In this document: piece by piece, positions 32,238 to 42,116 of the stretch
Numbering within the stretch: position 1 is the first letter of the stretch
How the letters are laid out: each line of letters starts with the position of its first letter
NCBI GenBank assembly: GCA_025058055.1
Contig: JANXEU010000015.1
Location: 1-59,983, forward strand
Origin: Candidatus Calditenuaceae archaeon
GTDB lineage: Archaea > Thermoproteota > Nitrososphaeria_A > Caldarchaeales > Calditenuaceae
Direction of reading: 5' to 3'
Length of the DNA stretch: 59,983 bases
Position numbers and translations under genes: made by a program
The notes under the pieces: model-generated
Seen by the model: only the letters and a program-made list of their open reading frames with translations
What the model was told of the DNA's origin: nothing
The model's database searches: none

Positions 32238-33549
32238 GCTCCTCGACCTCGGACTCGGGGTCAACGTGAACCTCCAGCTCCCCCCACCTGCTCATCGAGA
32301 CCCTAACGAACCTCAGCCTGACGCCTGTTCCCTCGGGGATTCCGTTCACAGCGTCGCATATCTCTCTCCAAGCCCTGCAGAGGACTGATCGTCCGCCGTC
32401 GGTGAGCCAGAAGGCCATCGTCTTCACCCTCTCGGTAGCCGTCCGGACCTCAGAGACCGCCGACTTGCTGACGATCCTCCCCCTGATCGAGACCTCCCTC
32501 ATTCCTTCCTCGAGAGAATCCAGAGAGATGTCCGGATAGCTCTCGACCTCCGCGTCGACCTGTTCGAAATCTTCGACCACCAGCACCCACGATCTACCCC
32601 TCTCCTCGAACCTCGCTGACCTCAGGGCCACAACATCCCCCTCCGGTGGAACGTTTCCCGTGAGCCTCAACCAGAACCTCCCTGCCGAGGCGGTAACGTA
32701 GCCCCCCTCCGTCGGTCTCATCACCTTCACGGCACCGAGGGCCTCCTCAGGATTAACGGAAAGGGACCTCGAGACACAGGTCCTTATGGTCGTAACCAGC
32801 CTGCCCTCCCTCATCTTCAGCGACGTGAGCCTGTAGACGGTCCAGGGCTCCAGCGTTCTTCCAACTAGATGCTCCTCCATCACCGACAGAAGCACCGGCA
32901 CCCTCCCTATCAGCAGAAGAGCGCTCCTCACGTTGAACCTCACATCAGACCTGACGAAACTCCTCTGCGGGCCCAACCCCATGACCGTGACCTCTAAGTC
33001 TAGAGGGCCCCTGCCTCCTGTAGCGAGAGACCTGCTGAACATCTCCTCGGCCGCCGGAAGCCAGGGCGCATCTACCTTCGTAGCGCTCGAGCGCTCGTCG
33101 AGCTGAAGCTCCAACCCACCTCCGGCCCTCTCGACTACGCGGACGTTGGTGAGCTTAACCGCGTCACCGAGATCCAGCTTAGCCTTAGCAAGAGCTTCCG
33201 CGGCCTCTCCCCAGGCCACGAGGTCGAGTTTGGTCGAGGCATCACCGACGCGCATATACGCGACTTTCTTCCCAGACAATTCCATAGGGCCCTTGAACCC
33301 CAGGACTCTGCAGGTGACCGTCATGCCTCTTAGCCCGCCCACCAGGTCGCCCAGTTTGAGCAGGCCCCTTCCGTTGTCGTCCCTGCTCAGGTAACCCAGC
33401 TCGCCTGCGACAAGCAGGAGGGCTCCGAGCTTGGTGAGCTTCGAATCCTTCGAGACCTCAACCTCCACCCGCTCTAACACCTTCTTAGCTGCGTCCTCTC
33501 CGAACCTAGCCCTTATCCTCTCCACTATGGCCTCGAAGTCCAGCACCAC
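32224..33549 (-). CDS. RPA-like single-stranded-DNA-binding protein with about 4 OB folds
   Basis: The N-terminus ...LTKLGALLLVAGELGY resembles the RPA N-terminal helix. There are repeated OB-like units, e.g. MTVTCRVLGFKGPMELSGKKVAYMRVGDASTKLDLVAWGEAAE...LGDAVKLTNVRVVERAGGGLELQLDERS and VSIRGRIVS...MAFWLTDGGRSVLCRAWREI...GTGVRLRFVRVS. No zinc finger seen. Confidence 0.55.
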   Translation of the reverse strand: MVLDFEAIVERIRARFGEDAAKKVLERVEVEVSKDSKLTKLGALLLVAGELGYLSRDDNGRGLLKLGDLVGGLRGMTVTCRVLGFKGPMELSGKKVAYMRVGDASTKLDLVAWGEAAEALAKAKLDLGDAVKLTNVRVVERAGGGLELQLDERSSATKVDAPWLPAAEEMFSRSLATGGRGPLDLEVTVMGLGPQRSFVRSDVRFNVRSALLLIGRVPVLLSVMEEHLVGRTLEPWTVYRLTSLKMREGRLVTTIRTCVSRSLSVNPEEALGAVKVMRPTEGGYVTASAGRFWLRLTGNVPPEGDVVALRSARFEERGRSWVLVVEDFEQVDAEVESYPDISLDSLEEGMREVSIRGRIVSKSAVSEVRTATERVKTMAFWLTDGGRSVLCRAWREICDAVNGIPEGTGVRLRFVRVSMSRWGELEVHVDPESEVEELKES

Positions 33550-33643
33550 CCTCGAGCCCCCGGCACCTGTAATAAAGCAAACTCTTCCGTATTCCGTTCG
33601 CTGTCGGCAAAGGCGAACGTTCGATCTGATCGCGTTTCGCTAT

Positions 33644-34477
33644 ATGCTTAAGAGCGGCATCGATCTGAGGACATCGTTGAAGCTTCCCAAGGTGGGGAAG
33701 GTAGAGAGCTATCTTCACGGCGTGATCGAGGAGAAGGGCGTTGCGCACCTGACGCTGCTCGACCCAGAGAACGTGCAGGCAGAGGTTATGAGGAATCTGG
33801 TGGAGTCCGCCGAGTCGCAGGGAACGGACGCCTTCTTGGTCGGGGGCTCGACGATCTACTCGAGAGAGGCCTACGATGAGGCCATAAAGACCATCAAGTC
33901 GTCTACAGACAGGCCGGTCATCATCTTCCCCAACAACGTCAACGCGGTCAGCAGGTACGCAGACGCCATCTTCTTCATGAGCCTCCTCAACTCCCTCGAG
34001 TGGTGGTTCATCCTCGGGGCCCAGGTCCACGGAGCCTTCCTAGTCAAGGAGTACGGCCTTGAGGCGATCCCGATGGGCTACATCGTCTTCGGGTCAGAGT
34101 CGTCGGTCGCGGTCGTCGGAAGGGTTTACCCGATACCGATTCACAAGCCCAACATCGCCGCTGCCTACGCGCTGGCCGCCCAGTACCTGGGGATGAGAGT
34201 CGTCTACCTTGAGGCCGGGTCCGGTGTACCTGAGCCACTGCCCTCGGACCTGATAAGGACGGTCAAGAGGGTCGTCGACCTTCCCGTGATAGTTGGTGGT
34301 GGCATCAAGAGCAGGGAGCAGGCTCGCGACGTTGCGAGGTCAGGCGCCGACATGATCGTGACGGGCACGCTCGCTGAGAGGGAAGTGTGTTCCTTGGGCT
34401 CGGTCATTGAAGGCATCAGGGAGGGCGTCTCTCTTCGGTCGAGGTCCCAAGACCTTTCGGGCAAGCAGCTACGTTGA
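33644..34477 (+). CDS. geranylgeranylglyceryl phosphate synthase (PcrB/GGGPS family)
   Basis: HLTLLDPEN, FLVGGST, IIFPNN, VVYLEAGSG and VIVGGGIK motifs. The track ORF start (33431) lies inside the RPA-like gene, so ATG 33644 is the first plausible start. Confidence 0.85.
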   Translation: MLKSGIDLRTSLKLPKVGKVESYLHGVIEEKGVAHLTLLDPENVQAEVMRNLVESAESQGTDAFLVGGSTIYSREAYDEAIKTIKSSTDRPVIIFPNNVNAVSRYADAIFFMSLLNSLEWWFILGAQVHGAFLVKEYGLEAIPMGYIVFGSESSVAVVGRVYPIPIHKPNIAAAYALAAQYLGMRVVYLEAGSGVPEPLPSDLIRTVKRVVDLPVIVGGGIKSREQARDVARSGADMIVTGTLAEREVCSLGSVIEGIREGVSLRSRSQDLSGKQLR

Positions 34478-34565
34478 AGCTCCCCTTATGGAAATTTCCC
34501 GAGTATTCTTAGGAGCCCCGTCTTACGGAAGAAATAAATCGATGAAGTAGCGCGATAGACCTGAA

Positions 34566-35435
34566 TTGTGGGCTATAGCCCTAGGTTACTTCCTCTGTGT
34601 CCTTAACGCGTTACCTTTCGTCGTCTTCACGCTCTTTCCGGTAGCCCTCGTCTCATATCCGATCTCGATAGCGCTGAGAGCGTTCGGATGGAGGAGGATC
34701 GGCAGGTCGCTCGGTCGTAGCGGCATCATGTTCCCGCTGTATGCCTCGCTGGGGACGTTGACGTTCGTCTTGGTGGTCGCCGAACTTACTCAGCTCGCCG
34801 AGAGGACCTTAGCCCTGGCCGCTATACCGTGGACCGTTTACTCCGTCCTCGATGCCTATTGGTACTTCAAGCTCGGTACCAACTACGGGATCAGGTCGTT
34901 CTATGCCGCTCTGGTTGGGATGGGTGGTGTTGTTTACGTCGACTTCGTGCTGCTGCAGGCGGCGCTCGTCGATCCTCCCCCCTACCAAGCTTCTCCTGAG
35001 GCTTTCGTGGGCTCTCTAGTACTCACTGGCCTCCTGCTGATGGTCTCAGGCGTTGCTGCAGGAGTTTCCTTCCTCGGCGTCGGTCACGTGATGAGGGGCA
35101 GTGAGGCGTTGATTAAGGGGCCCCGTGTGGTGCCGCGTGTGCCCGTCAGCTCCTCAACCGCTAGTTCGTCACAGGTACCGCCCGCTCCTTTCGTGGGAGG
35201 CAAGGTCAAGGTGTTGGCCCTCAGCACGGGCACGTCCTTGATCTGTTCCAAGTGCGGTTCCGAGAGCGCGATCGAATCGTTAAGTTGCACTTCGTGCGGC
35301 CATCGATTCAACAAAGTGTCTTACGGTCTCAGGTGCCCAGTATGCTCCGCTCCTCTCTCCTCAGCCAAGAGAATATCTGTGGAGCGCTTCGTCTGTCAGC
35401 AGTGCTTCTCCGACCTCTCGGTTGTTACGGTGTGA
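34566..35435 (+). CDS. membrane protein with a C-terminal double zinc-ribbon
   Basis: About 6 hydrophobic helices, a Ser-rich linker, then CSKCGS...CTSCGH and CPVCSA...CQQC motifs. Confidence 0.55.
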   Translation: MWAIALGYFLCVLNALPFVVFTLFPVALVSYPISIALRAFGWRRIGRSLGRSGIMFPLYASLGTLTFVLVVAELTQLAERTLALAAIPWTVYSVLDAYWYFKLGTNYGIRSFYAALVGMGGVVYVDFVLLQAALVDPPPYQASPEAFVGSLVLTGLLLMVSGVAAGVSFLGVGHVMRGSEALIKGPRVVPRVPVSSSTASSSQVPPAPFVGGKVKVLALSTGTSLICSKCGSESAIESLSCTSCGHRFNKVSYGLRCPVCSAPLSSAKRISVERFVCQQCFSDLSVVTV

Positions 35436-35520
35436 CGTTTCCGGTGCTGTCGAAGCTTTTTCCCAGATCACATGAAGGCTCACGTTAATTTCGCTCCGAC
35501 GTCCTCAACGTGAAAAGGCC

Positions 35521-38500
35521 TTGGAGATCGAATCGCTGCCGGAGCACTTGCGCAGGTACTACGAGCACCTCCTCTCCGAGTTCAAGGCCAACTATGACGT
35601 TGCGACGGAGGTGAGGAGGAGGACTTGCTCTCCTACACCTGAAGTTGAGGTGCTGGTCGCGAACGACATGGCTGGCCGGATAGAGCTGCTTACCGGTCTC
35701 GAGGGCGTTGGCGATCTAATCAGGAGCCTCCGCGCTGAGGTCGGAAAGGATCTACTCCCCTTCAGGCTCGCTGAGAGGCTTCTGGAGGAACACGAAGCGC
35801 GTGACGAGCAGACGCTCACCAAGCTCATCAGAGTCTGCTTAGCTGTCATGACACCTCCCGGAACGACCGCAGCTCCCACCGAGGGGGTCTCGGCGGTGAG
35901 GACGAAGTCGAACCCCGACGGCACTAGACATCTCTCGATCTACTACGCCAACCCAATAAGGTCGGCAGGCGGTACGGAGGTCGCCGGCTCTGTGGTCCTA
36001 GCAGACTACGTCAGGAGGCTGATCGGGCTGGGGCCCTACAGACCTACAGAGGAGGAGGTGATGAGGTTCATCGAGGAGGTCCGGACCTATAGGAGGAAGG
36101 TGGGCAGGTTCCAGTTCAACGTTCCCGACGAAGCCCTTGAGTTCGTTCTGAGGAGGCTTCCCATCGAGATTACAGGCGTTCCCACAGATCCTATACCGGT
36201 CCCTTCGTTCAGGGAGGTCTTCAGGGTCGAGACACCTTACCTCAGGGGAGGGGCTCTCAGGGTCGTTCACGACGGAATCGTCGGTAGGGCCAAGAAGGTC
36301 CTGAAGTTCGTCAAGGTGGTGGGGCTCGATGGCTGGGAATGGTTGGAGGAGGTCTCCGATGTCGCGAGGAGTGCCAAGTCGCATCCCTCGATAACCGATG
36401 AGGTAATCGTCGGGAGGCCGGTGCTCTCGCTCTCTGGGAGGTTCGGCGGCTTCAGGCTAAGGTACGGAAGGGCCCCTAACACCTCGATGTCGGCTGTCGG
36501 AGTTCATCCCTACACGATGAGAGTGCTCGACGACTTCGTTGTGGCCGGAACACAGCTCAGGCTGGACTTCCCCGGAAAGGCTGGTGTCGCGATGCCGGTA
36601 GACTGCATAGAGCCTCCAGTCGTTAGACTCTCGGACGGCTCCGTCATCAGAGTCGACTCTTCTGAGAGGCTAGAAGAGGCCCTCAGGTTCGGTGAGAGGA
36701 TCCTGTTCGTGGGAGACCTCCTCGTGAGCTTCGGTGACTGTGTCGAGAGCAACGTCAAGCTCAGGCCTCCCGGTTACTGTGAGGAGTGGTGGATCGAGGA
36801 AGTCAAGAAGGCGATCGACGAACGTGGCGTTGAGCTCGGTGACGACAGCCGCTGGGTGAAGCTCGCGGATCTCGATCCCTTCAGGAACGTGCCACCGGTG
36901 GAGGTGGCCTGCAGGATCTCGCGGAGGTTGAACGTCCCGATGCACCCGAGGTTCATGCCGTTCTGGGACAACGTCTCCGGTACCGAGATAGAAGCACTGA
37001 GGAGGTGGTTGTCTTCCAACATCAAACGCTACAAATCGATGCCTTTCGACGGTGGTGCGAAGGGGGCCCTCGAGTCGATGCTCATTCCCCACCGCGTCAG
37101 CGATGGCAGGATACTGCTGGAGAACTCTTGGCTTAAGGCCCTCATCTTCCTCTTCAGACCGTTCAGCCCAGTCGACGTATCAGGGATGGATTTGCCTCAG
37201 GCCCTGTCTGTGCTCTCGGGTCACTCCTATCGCCTCAGATTGGGTTCTGTGGTCGGTGTAAGGATGGGTAGGCCGGAAAAGGCCGCTCAGAGGAGGATGA
37301 GACCGCCGTCACACGTCCTCTTCCCAGTCGGGTTGTCTGGCGGGCCACGGAGGTCACTTATCGAGGCCTCGAAGCTAGAGAAGGTCTACCTCAAACTGAA
37401 CATGAGAGTCTGCCAGTCCTGTGGCCAAGTGGTTTGGAAGCCCCGATGTGACTCCTGCGATTTACCGACTGTGGTGTTCTCCAAGTGTTCCAACTGTGGC
37501 GACGAGTACCTAGGTTACGAGGAGACGGCTTGTCAGCGCTGTGGAGCCCCTCTCCTTACGAATTCCAATCACACCGTTGACCTGAAGTCAGAACTCGAGT
37601 CTGCGATGCGGCAGGCCGGTGAGATGGTTGAGGAGGTGAAGGGCGTCAGGGAGCTGATCAGCAAGTTCGCCGTGCCGGAAGACCTGTTGAAGGGAGTGTT
37701 GAGAGCATCACAGGGGCTCTACGTCTACAAGGACGGCACCATCAGGTTCGACGCGACGAACGCTCCTCTCACTCACTTCAGACCCGAGGACGTGTCGGTT
37801 TCCGTAAGTAGGCTCCATGAGCTGGGTTATGAGAGGGACTGGCTGAAAAGGCCGCTGGTCTCCGAGGAGCAGGTCTGCGAACTCCTTCCTCAGGACGTCA
37901 TCATCCCCAAGAGGATGGCCGAACACCTATACAGGGTCTCCAAGTTCATCGATAGGTACCTACAGGCTAACGGGCTGAGGCCTTTTTACAATTGGAAGGG
38001 GCCAGAGGAGTGTATCGGGGCCCTCGTGGCAACCCTATCACCACATACCTACGGAGCTGTTGTCTGTAGAGTTATAGGCACGACGGACGTCGAGGTAGTT
38101 TACGCGCATCCGTTCGTCCACGCAGCCAAGAGGCGAGATTGCGACGGTGACGAGGACAGCGTCACGCTGTTGATGGACTTCCTCATCAACTTCAGCAAGC
38201 TGTACCTACCTGATAGAGTGGGAGGTGCTATGGATTCGCCGTTGCTGATCACGGTTCTAGTTGATCCTGTCGAGGTTGACGAGCAGTCTCACAACGTCGA
38301 CGTGGCGACGCGGTATCCGCTCGAGTTCTACGAAGCGGCCCTCTCCTCCGCGAAGGCATCTAACCTGTTGGGTTCTATACGACTCATCGCCGACAAGGTG
38401 GCTTCTCCCGAGGCCCTTTACGACAACGGCTTCTCGGCACCTTCCTTCCTTCTCTCCCACTCGGTGACTTCAACGTCCTACAAGAAGCTCGAGAGGCTCC

Positions 38501-38907
38501 TCGACAAGATAGAGGTGCAAATGAGGCTGGCGGAGAAGGTGATGGCTGTGGATCCCTCACTGGTCGCGGAGAGGGTGATGGAGGTCCACGTGCTGCCCGA
38601 TCTCGTCGGCAACCTGAGAGCCTTCTTCATGCAAAAGTTCATCTGTAGACGATGTAACTCGAAGTTCGTCAGACCTCCCCTCAGAGGTTCTTGCCTAGTC
38701 TGCGGGGAACCCTTAAGCCTCACGGTCTACAAGGGTATGGTTGAGAAGAACGTCGATCTGGTTCTGAGGCTATTGGAACGCTACGTGAGAGACCAGATGA
38801 TAAGAGAAGCGACTCTCGAGTCGCTGGACGTGATATCACAACTCTTCGGGTCTGGAACGCGTTCCCACGATAAGGGCAGGCAGACCAGCCTCAAGAGCTT
38901 CCTCTGA
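35521..38907 (+). CDS. polC: DNA polymerase II (PolD) large subunit DP2
   Basis: 1128 aa, with cysteine clusters (CQSCG...CDSC, CSNCG...CQRCG, CRRCN...CLVCG) and the catalytic region KRRDCDGDEDSVTLLMD typical of DP2. No intein-sized insertion. Confidence 0.9.
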   Translation: MEIESLPEHLRRYYEHLLSEFKANYDVATEVRRRTCSPTPEVEVLVANDMAGRIELLTGLEGVGDLIRSLRAEVGKDLLPFRLAERLLEEHEARDEQTLTKLIRVCLAVMTPPGTTAAPTEGVSAVRTKSNPDGTRHLSIYYANPIRSAGGTEVAGSVVLADYVRRLIGLGPYRPTEEEVMRFIEEVRTYRRKVGRFQFNVPDEALEFVLRRLPIEITGVPTDPIPVPSFREVFRVETPYLRGGALRVVHDGIVGRAKKVLKFVKVVGLDGWEWLEEVSDVARSAKSHPSITDEVIVGRPVLSLSGRFGGFRLRYGRAPNTSMSAVGVHPYTMRVLDDFVVAGTQLRLDFPGKAGVAMPVDCIEPPVVRLSDGSVIRVDSSERLEEALRFGERILFVGDLLVSFGDCVESNVKLRPPGYCEEWWIEEVKKAIDERGVELGDDSRWVKLADLDPFRNVPPVEVACRISRRLNVPMHPRFMPFWDNVSGTEIEALRRWLSSNIKRYKSMPFDGGAKGALESMLIPHRVSDGRILLENSWLKALIFLFRPFSPVDVSGMDLPQALSVLSGHSYRLRLGSVVGVRMGRPEKAAQRRMRPPSHVLFPVGLSGGPRRSLIEASKLEKVYLKLNMRVCQSCGQVVWKPRCDSCDLPTVVFSKCSNCGDEYLGYEETACQRCGAPLLTNSNHTVDLKSELESAMRQAGEMVEEVKGVRELISKFAVPEDLLKGVLRASQGLYVYKDGTIRFDATNAPLTHFRPEDVSVSVSRLHELGYERDWLKRPLVSEEQVCELLPQDVIIPKRMAEHLYRVSKFIDRYLQANGLRPFYNWKGPEECIGALVATLSPHTYGAVVCRVIGTTDVEVVYAHPFVHAAKRRDCDGDEDSVTLLMDFLINFSKLYLPDRVGGAMDSPLLITVLVDPVEVDEQSHNVDVATRYPLEFYEAALSSAKASNLLGSIRLIADKVASPEALYDNGFSAPSFLLSHSVTSTSYKKLERLLDKIEVQMRLAEKVMAVDPSLVAERVMEVHVLPDLVGNLRAFFMQKFICRRCNSKFVRPPLRGSCLVCGEPLSLTVYKGMVEKNVDLVLRLLERYVRDQMIREATLESLDVISQLFGSGTRSHDKGRQTSLKSFL

Positions 38908-38914
38908 CGCACCC

Positions 38915-40408
38915 TCAGCTGAACTTCGCGATCTCTATGGATAGCTCCCTACCGTCGATCAGGACCGCTGTTCCCACGGTAGGTTCAAGACCCACACTTT
39001 TCTGGAGTTTAGTCTGATTCTGCCAGGTACCCGAGTTCACGAGCTTCACGCCTCTGTAACTCCTCAGGACGGCTACGTGAATGTGCCCCATCGCCAAGAC
39101 GTCCGGTACCTCTTCGATGAGGAGGTGGTCGTGTGAGGTGGGGAGTATGGGAGTCACCTCGATCGCCGGTGACAAGTGCCTGCACCTCAATATCGTCTCC
39201 ATCACCTCCCCCGCCTTCTCCCTGAGGTCGCTGTAGGAGAACCTCGAGCTGAGCTGGATGAGGTCGTCCATCGTCTGGCCGTGAAAGAAGAGCAACCTCA
39301 CACCTCCGAGATCCATCAGGGCCGGGTTTCCGCAGTAGGTTATCCTCCCCTCCGGGTCCAAGATCGTCCTGTACTCCCTCGGGATCGGTGTTTGAGGTAG
39401 GGCCCTCCTGACGGGTTCGTGGTTCCCCGGCAGATAGATGACCTTCACCTCCCTCGGTACCTTTGAGAGGAGCCTTCCGGCCTCTGCGAATTGCTCCTTC
39501 AGCGACCTCAGCTCCAACTCCTCTCTCTGATTGGGGTATACGAAGACCCCGTCCACGAGGTCGCCGTTTATCACGAGGTACCTCAGATTCAGGTCCTCCC
39601 ACTCGTTCGAGAGCCACTCGAGGAACTCTTCGAACGCCTCCCTGTTGAAGTTGGTACTACCGATGTGAACGTCTGAGATGACGCAGAGCCTCACGTTCGG
39701 GCCCTTGACTTGGGTCCTCGTGTGAGAGACCTCAGGAAAGACGATGTCCCTCACGACCAGCTTCCCTCCCCTCCCTAGGACCCTTACTGCCACGACCATG
39801 TCCCGGGTGAGAGACTCGACCTTCTCCATTAGCCTCCTGTCCCTACCTGAAACGAACGCCGTCCACGCACCGCTCGGGTCCTCAAGCCTGAGGACATATC
39901 GCCCGTCGGAATGACTGACCTCGTTCACCACGCACGCCGCGTATCCCTCCTGTCTATTCTCGAGTAGCTCCTTGGTCGACCTGAGGGTTAACCCTCTTGT
40001 CTCGAGCAGCGACCTGAGCTTGCTGTACCTCGCAACCCTGTAGGTGTGGAACTCATCATAGGTTCCCTCGATCCTCAAGTCCTCATAGGTGGACGTGATC
40101 AGCCTCAGCTCGTCCTCAGGCTTCGCCTCTCTCTGCACGGTCCTCTGCAACTCCTCTGGAGGTCGGGGACCTGAGAGCTCCGCGATCTGTTGCCAGTCCA
40201 GAACCGTCCCCTTCGGAACTCTAGAACTCACCTTCTCCACCAAACCTTCGAGCTCGGATTCGGAAGAGCAGAGCTCGATGACGCGCTTCAGCGCGCTCGC
40301 GGTGAGACCGTACCCTGACCTAGCGAAGGACTTAACGACCTTTTCAGGAGTTGGTCTGAACTTACCGCCGGTAGGGAGGTCTGAGCGACTCTCCGGGTCG
40401 CTCCTCAT
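38915..40408 (-). CDS. polB: DNA polymerase II (PolD) small subunit DP1 (Mre11-like phosphoesterase exonuclease)
   Basis: Calcineurin-like motifs ISDVHIGS, INGDLVDG, GNHE, FFHG and GHIH, with an OB-like middle domain. Confidence 0.9.
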   Translation of the reverse strand: MRSDPESRSDLPTGGKFRPTPEKVVKSFARSGYGLTASALKRVIELCSSESELEGLVEKVSSRVPKGTVLDWQQIAELSGPRPPEELQRTVQREAKPEDELRLITSTYEDLRIEGTYDEFHTYRVARYSKLRSLLETRGLTLRSTKELLENRQEGYAACVVNEVSHSDGRYVLRLEDPSGAWTAFVSGRDRRLMEKVESLTRDMVVAVRVLGRGGKLVVRDIVFPEVSHTRTQVKGPNVRLCVISDVHIGSTNFNREAFEEFLEWLSNEWEDLNLRYLVINGDLVDGVFVYPNQREELELRSLKEQFAEAGRLLSKVPREVKVIYLPGNHEPVRRALPQTPIPREYRTILDPEGRITYCGNPALMDLGGVRLLFFHGQTMDDLIQLSSRFSYSDLREKAGEVMETILRCRHLSPAIEVTPILPTSHDHLLIEEVPDVLAMGHIHVAVLRSYRGVKLVNSGTWQNQTKLQKSVGLEPTVGTAVLIDGRELSIEIAKFS

Positions 40409-40423
40409 CCTCCTCTGCTCCCT

Positions 40424-41680
40424 TCAGCCCTGCTTGACGTCAACCGGAACGTCCATGGCTCCCGAGAGGACATCATCGTGTATCAACACCTCCTCGAGCT
40501 CGTTGAGGGGGATGTTGAGCGAAATTCTCCTAGTCCTGCCGTACCGGCCGTAGCTCACAACGTCGCTGTTTATCACGCCCATCATGCCGAGCTCCGAGAT
40601 TATCGAGCTTACCCTCCTATCTGTCAGCGGTTCAACGCCCAGATGTTCGCAGACCCTCCTGTACTGGTTGTAGACTGTACCCGTGGTTATCTTTTGGATG
40701 CCCGCCCTGACGCACTGATAGACGGTCAGGAGGATCGCACGGCCGTGTAGCGGAAGCGTTGAGAGCGCCTCGTAGACCCTTCCCTGCTCTATAACGCCGT
40801 AGGCCTCTCTGACGTGTTTCTCCTCGACCTTCGTCGACCCCTCCCTCTCAGCGAGCTCCGCGGCAACCCGCAACAGGTCTATCGCCCTACGGGCATCTCC
40901 GTGCTCAGCGGCTGCAAGTGCCGCGCACAGCTGTATGACTCCCTCCGTTATCGATCCCTCGTTAAGGGCCATGGAGGCCCTCTCGCTGAGGATGTCTACC
41001 AGCTCGACCGCGGTGTATGGGTGGAAGACAATCTCCTCTTCGCTGAGGGATGAGAGGACTCTCGGGTCAAGCATCTCCTTGAAGGTGAGGTCGTTTGAAA
41101 TCCCAATGATCGCAAGCTGACCTCCCTCAGAACCCTCATTGATCCTCGTGAGAGCGTAGAGGAACTCGTCTCCGCTGGTCTTGACAAGGTGGTCGATCTC
41201 GTCGAGGCACGCTATCACCAAGGAACCTGATTTGTAGAGTGCGTTCCTGAACCTCGAGAGGACCTCAGCCTTCGAGAGGCCAGTGAAGGGGACCTTAACA
41301 CCGATAGACGTGCAAAGCTCAGACATCACCTTGTACTCCGTGCCGGAGATCCTGCAGTTGATGTAGACGAAGTTCAATCGCAGCCCCTGACGTCCAGCCT
41401 CCTGTGAGAACCTCTTGAGTACGTGCTTCGCAACCGCGGTCTTGCCGGTTCCCGTCTTACCGTAGATGAAGACGTTACTCGGTCTGATCGTTTTCAAGCT
41501 CGGGGATACGATCTCACCAAGCCTCCTTACGTGCTCCCATCTGTGTGGCAGGTTTTCGGGGATGTAGTCTGACCTAAGAACGTCTCTGTTCTTAAATGGT
41601 GAGTTACTGCTGAGCGTCCTTTTAATTAATTCGTCCAGTGGGTCCTCCCGACCCCTCAGCTTCAATTGAAACTTCTCCAT
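40424..41680 (-). CDS. cdc6: Orc1/Cdc6 replication initiator
   Basis: AAA+ motifs IYGKTGTGKTAV (Walker A) and ACLDEID (Walker B), with a C-terminal winged helix. Lies directly downstream of the ORB-containing gap. Confidence 0.92.
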   Translation of the reverse strand: MEKFQLKLRGREDPLDELIKRTLSSNSPFKNRDVLRSDYIPENLPHRWEHVRRLGEIVSPSLKTIRPSNVFIYGKTGTGKTAVAKHVLKRFSQEAGRQGLRLNFVYINCRISGTEYKVMSELCTSIGVKVPFTGLSKAEVLSRFRNALYKSGSLVIACLDEIDHLVKTSGDEFLYALTRINEGSEGGQLAIIGISNDLTFKEMLDPRVLSSLSEEEIVFHPYTAVELVDILSERASMALNEGSITEGVIQLCAALAAAEHGDARRAIDLLRVAAELAEREGSTKVEEKHVREAYGVIEQGRVYEALSTLPLHGRAILLTVYQCVRAGIQKITTGTVYNQYRRVCEHLGVEPLTDRRVSSIISELGMMGVINSDVVSYGRYGRTRRISLNIPLNELEEVLIHDDVLSGAMDVPVDVKQG

Positions 41681-41796
41681 TGCCTGTGGAGACTTAAGAC
41701 TAGGTCTGATTATAAAACGTCAACACACACATCACTAACAGATTATAACAGTATATTTCAAAACACCCCTCAAGATCCCCAAATTACTACTAGATC

Positions 41797-41816
41797 GAGT
41801 GGAAGTGCAGGGGTCC
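41797..41816 (+). repeat. ORB-like element a
   Basis: GAGTGGAAGTGCAGGGGTCC, sharing the core GGAAG-N3-AGGGGT. Confidence 0.55.
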
Positions 41817-41858
41817 GGGGGTGTTCACAACCTTTCACAGTGTAAAAAACCACTCACT

Positions 41859-41880
41859 CACCCCTATTCTTCCTCTGGAG
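41859..41880 (-). repeat. ORB-like element c (inverted)
   Basis: The reverse complement is CTCCAGAGGAAGAATAGGGGTG: a dyad-like CTCCAGAGGAAG followed by a G-string. Confidence 0.6.
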
Positions 41881-41899
41881 CAGGTGAAGATTCCACAAG

Positions 41900-41921
41900 T
41901 TCCACAGGAAGTGAAGGGGTG
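41900..41921 (+). repeat. ORB-like element b
   Basis: TTCCACAGGAAGTGAAGGGGTG: a TTCC-ACA-GGAA dyad followed by a G-string. It forms an inverted pair with element c, 19 nt apart. Confidence 0.6.
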
Positions 41922-42116
41922 TTGAGAAGAGCTTCAGAGACCGAAGATAATTAGCGAGTCACGGCCTTTCTTATCGGCTTTGCCTCTCACAGGGGTTCTG
42001 TGAAGTGTGAATGTCTCCGCCCAATCTGTGTGAAGCTGTGAAGGCTACAACAGGGAAAGACGTCCGTTTCAACAGCACACGTCTGCGATATTGGAAAGAA
42101 GGAAATTTGGTTTGAT

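Larger units (their letters stand above)
41681..42116. other. predicted chromosomal replication origin (oriC) region
   Basis: 436-bp non-coding gap upstream of orc1/cdc6. It contains three ORB-like elements, a GTGAAG hexamer cluster and an AT-rich stretch (41701-41760). The cdc6 TATA (TTTTATAA, minus strand, 41710-41717) is also here. Confidence 0.65.

Noticed and set aside
33431-33643. N-terminal 71 codons of the GGGPS ORF as given in the track
   Set aside because: Ser/Thr-rich and non-homologous, and they overlap the 5' end of the RPA-like gene on the other strand. The conserved GGGPS sequence begins after ATG 33644.
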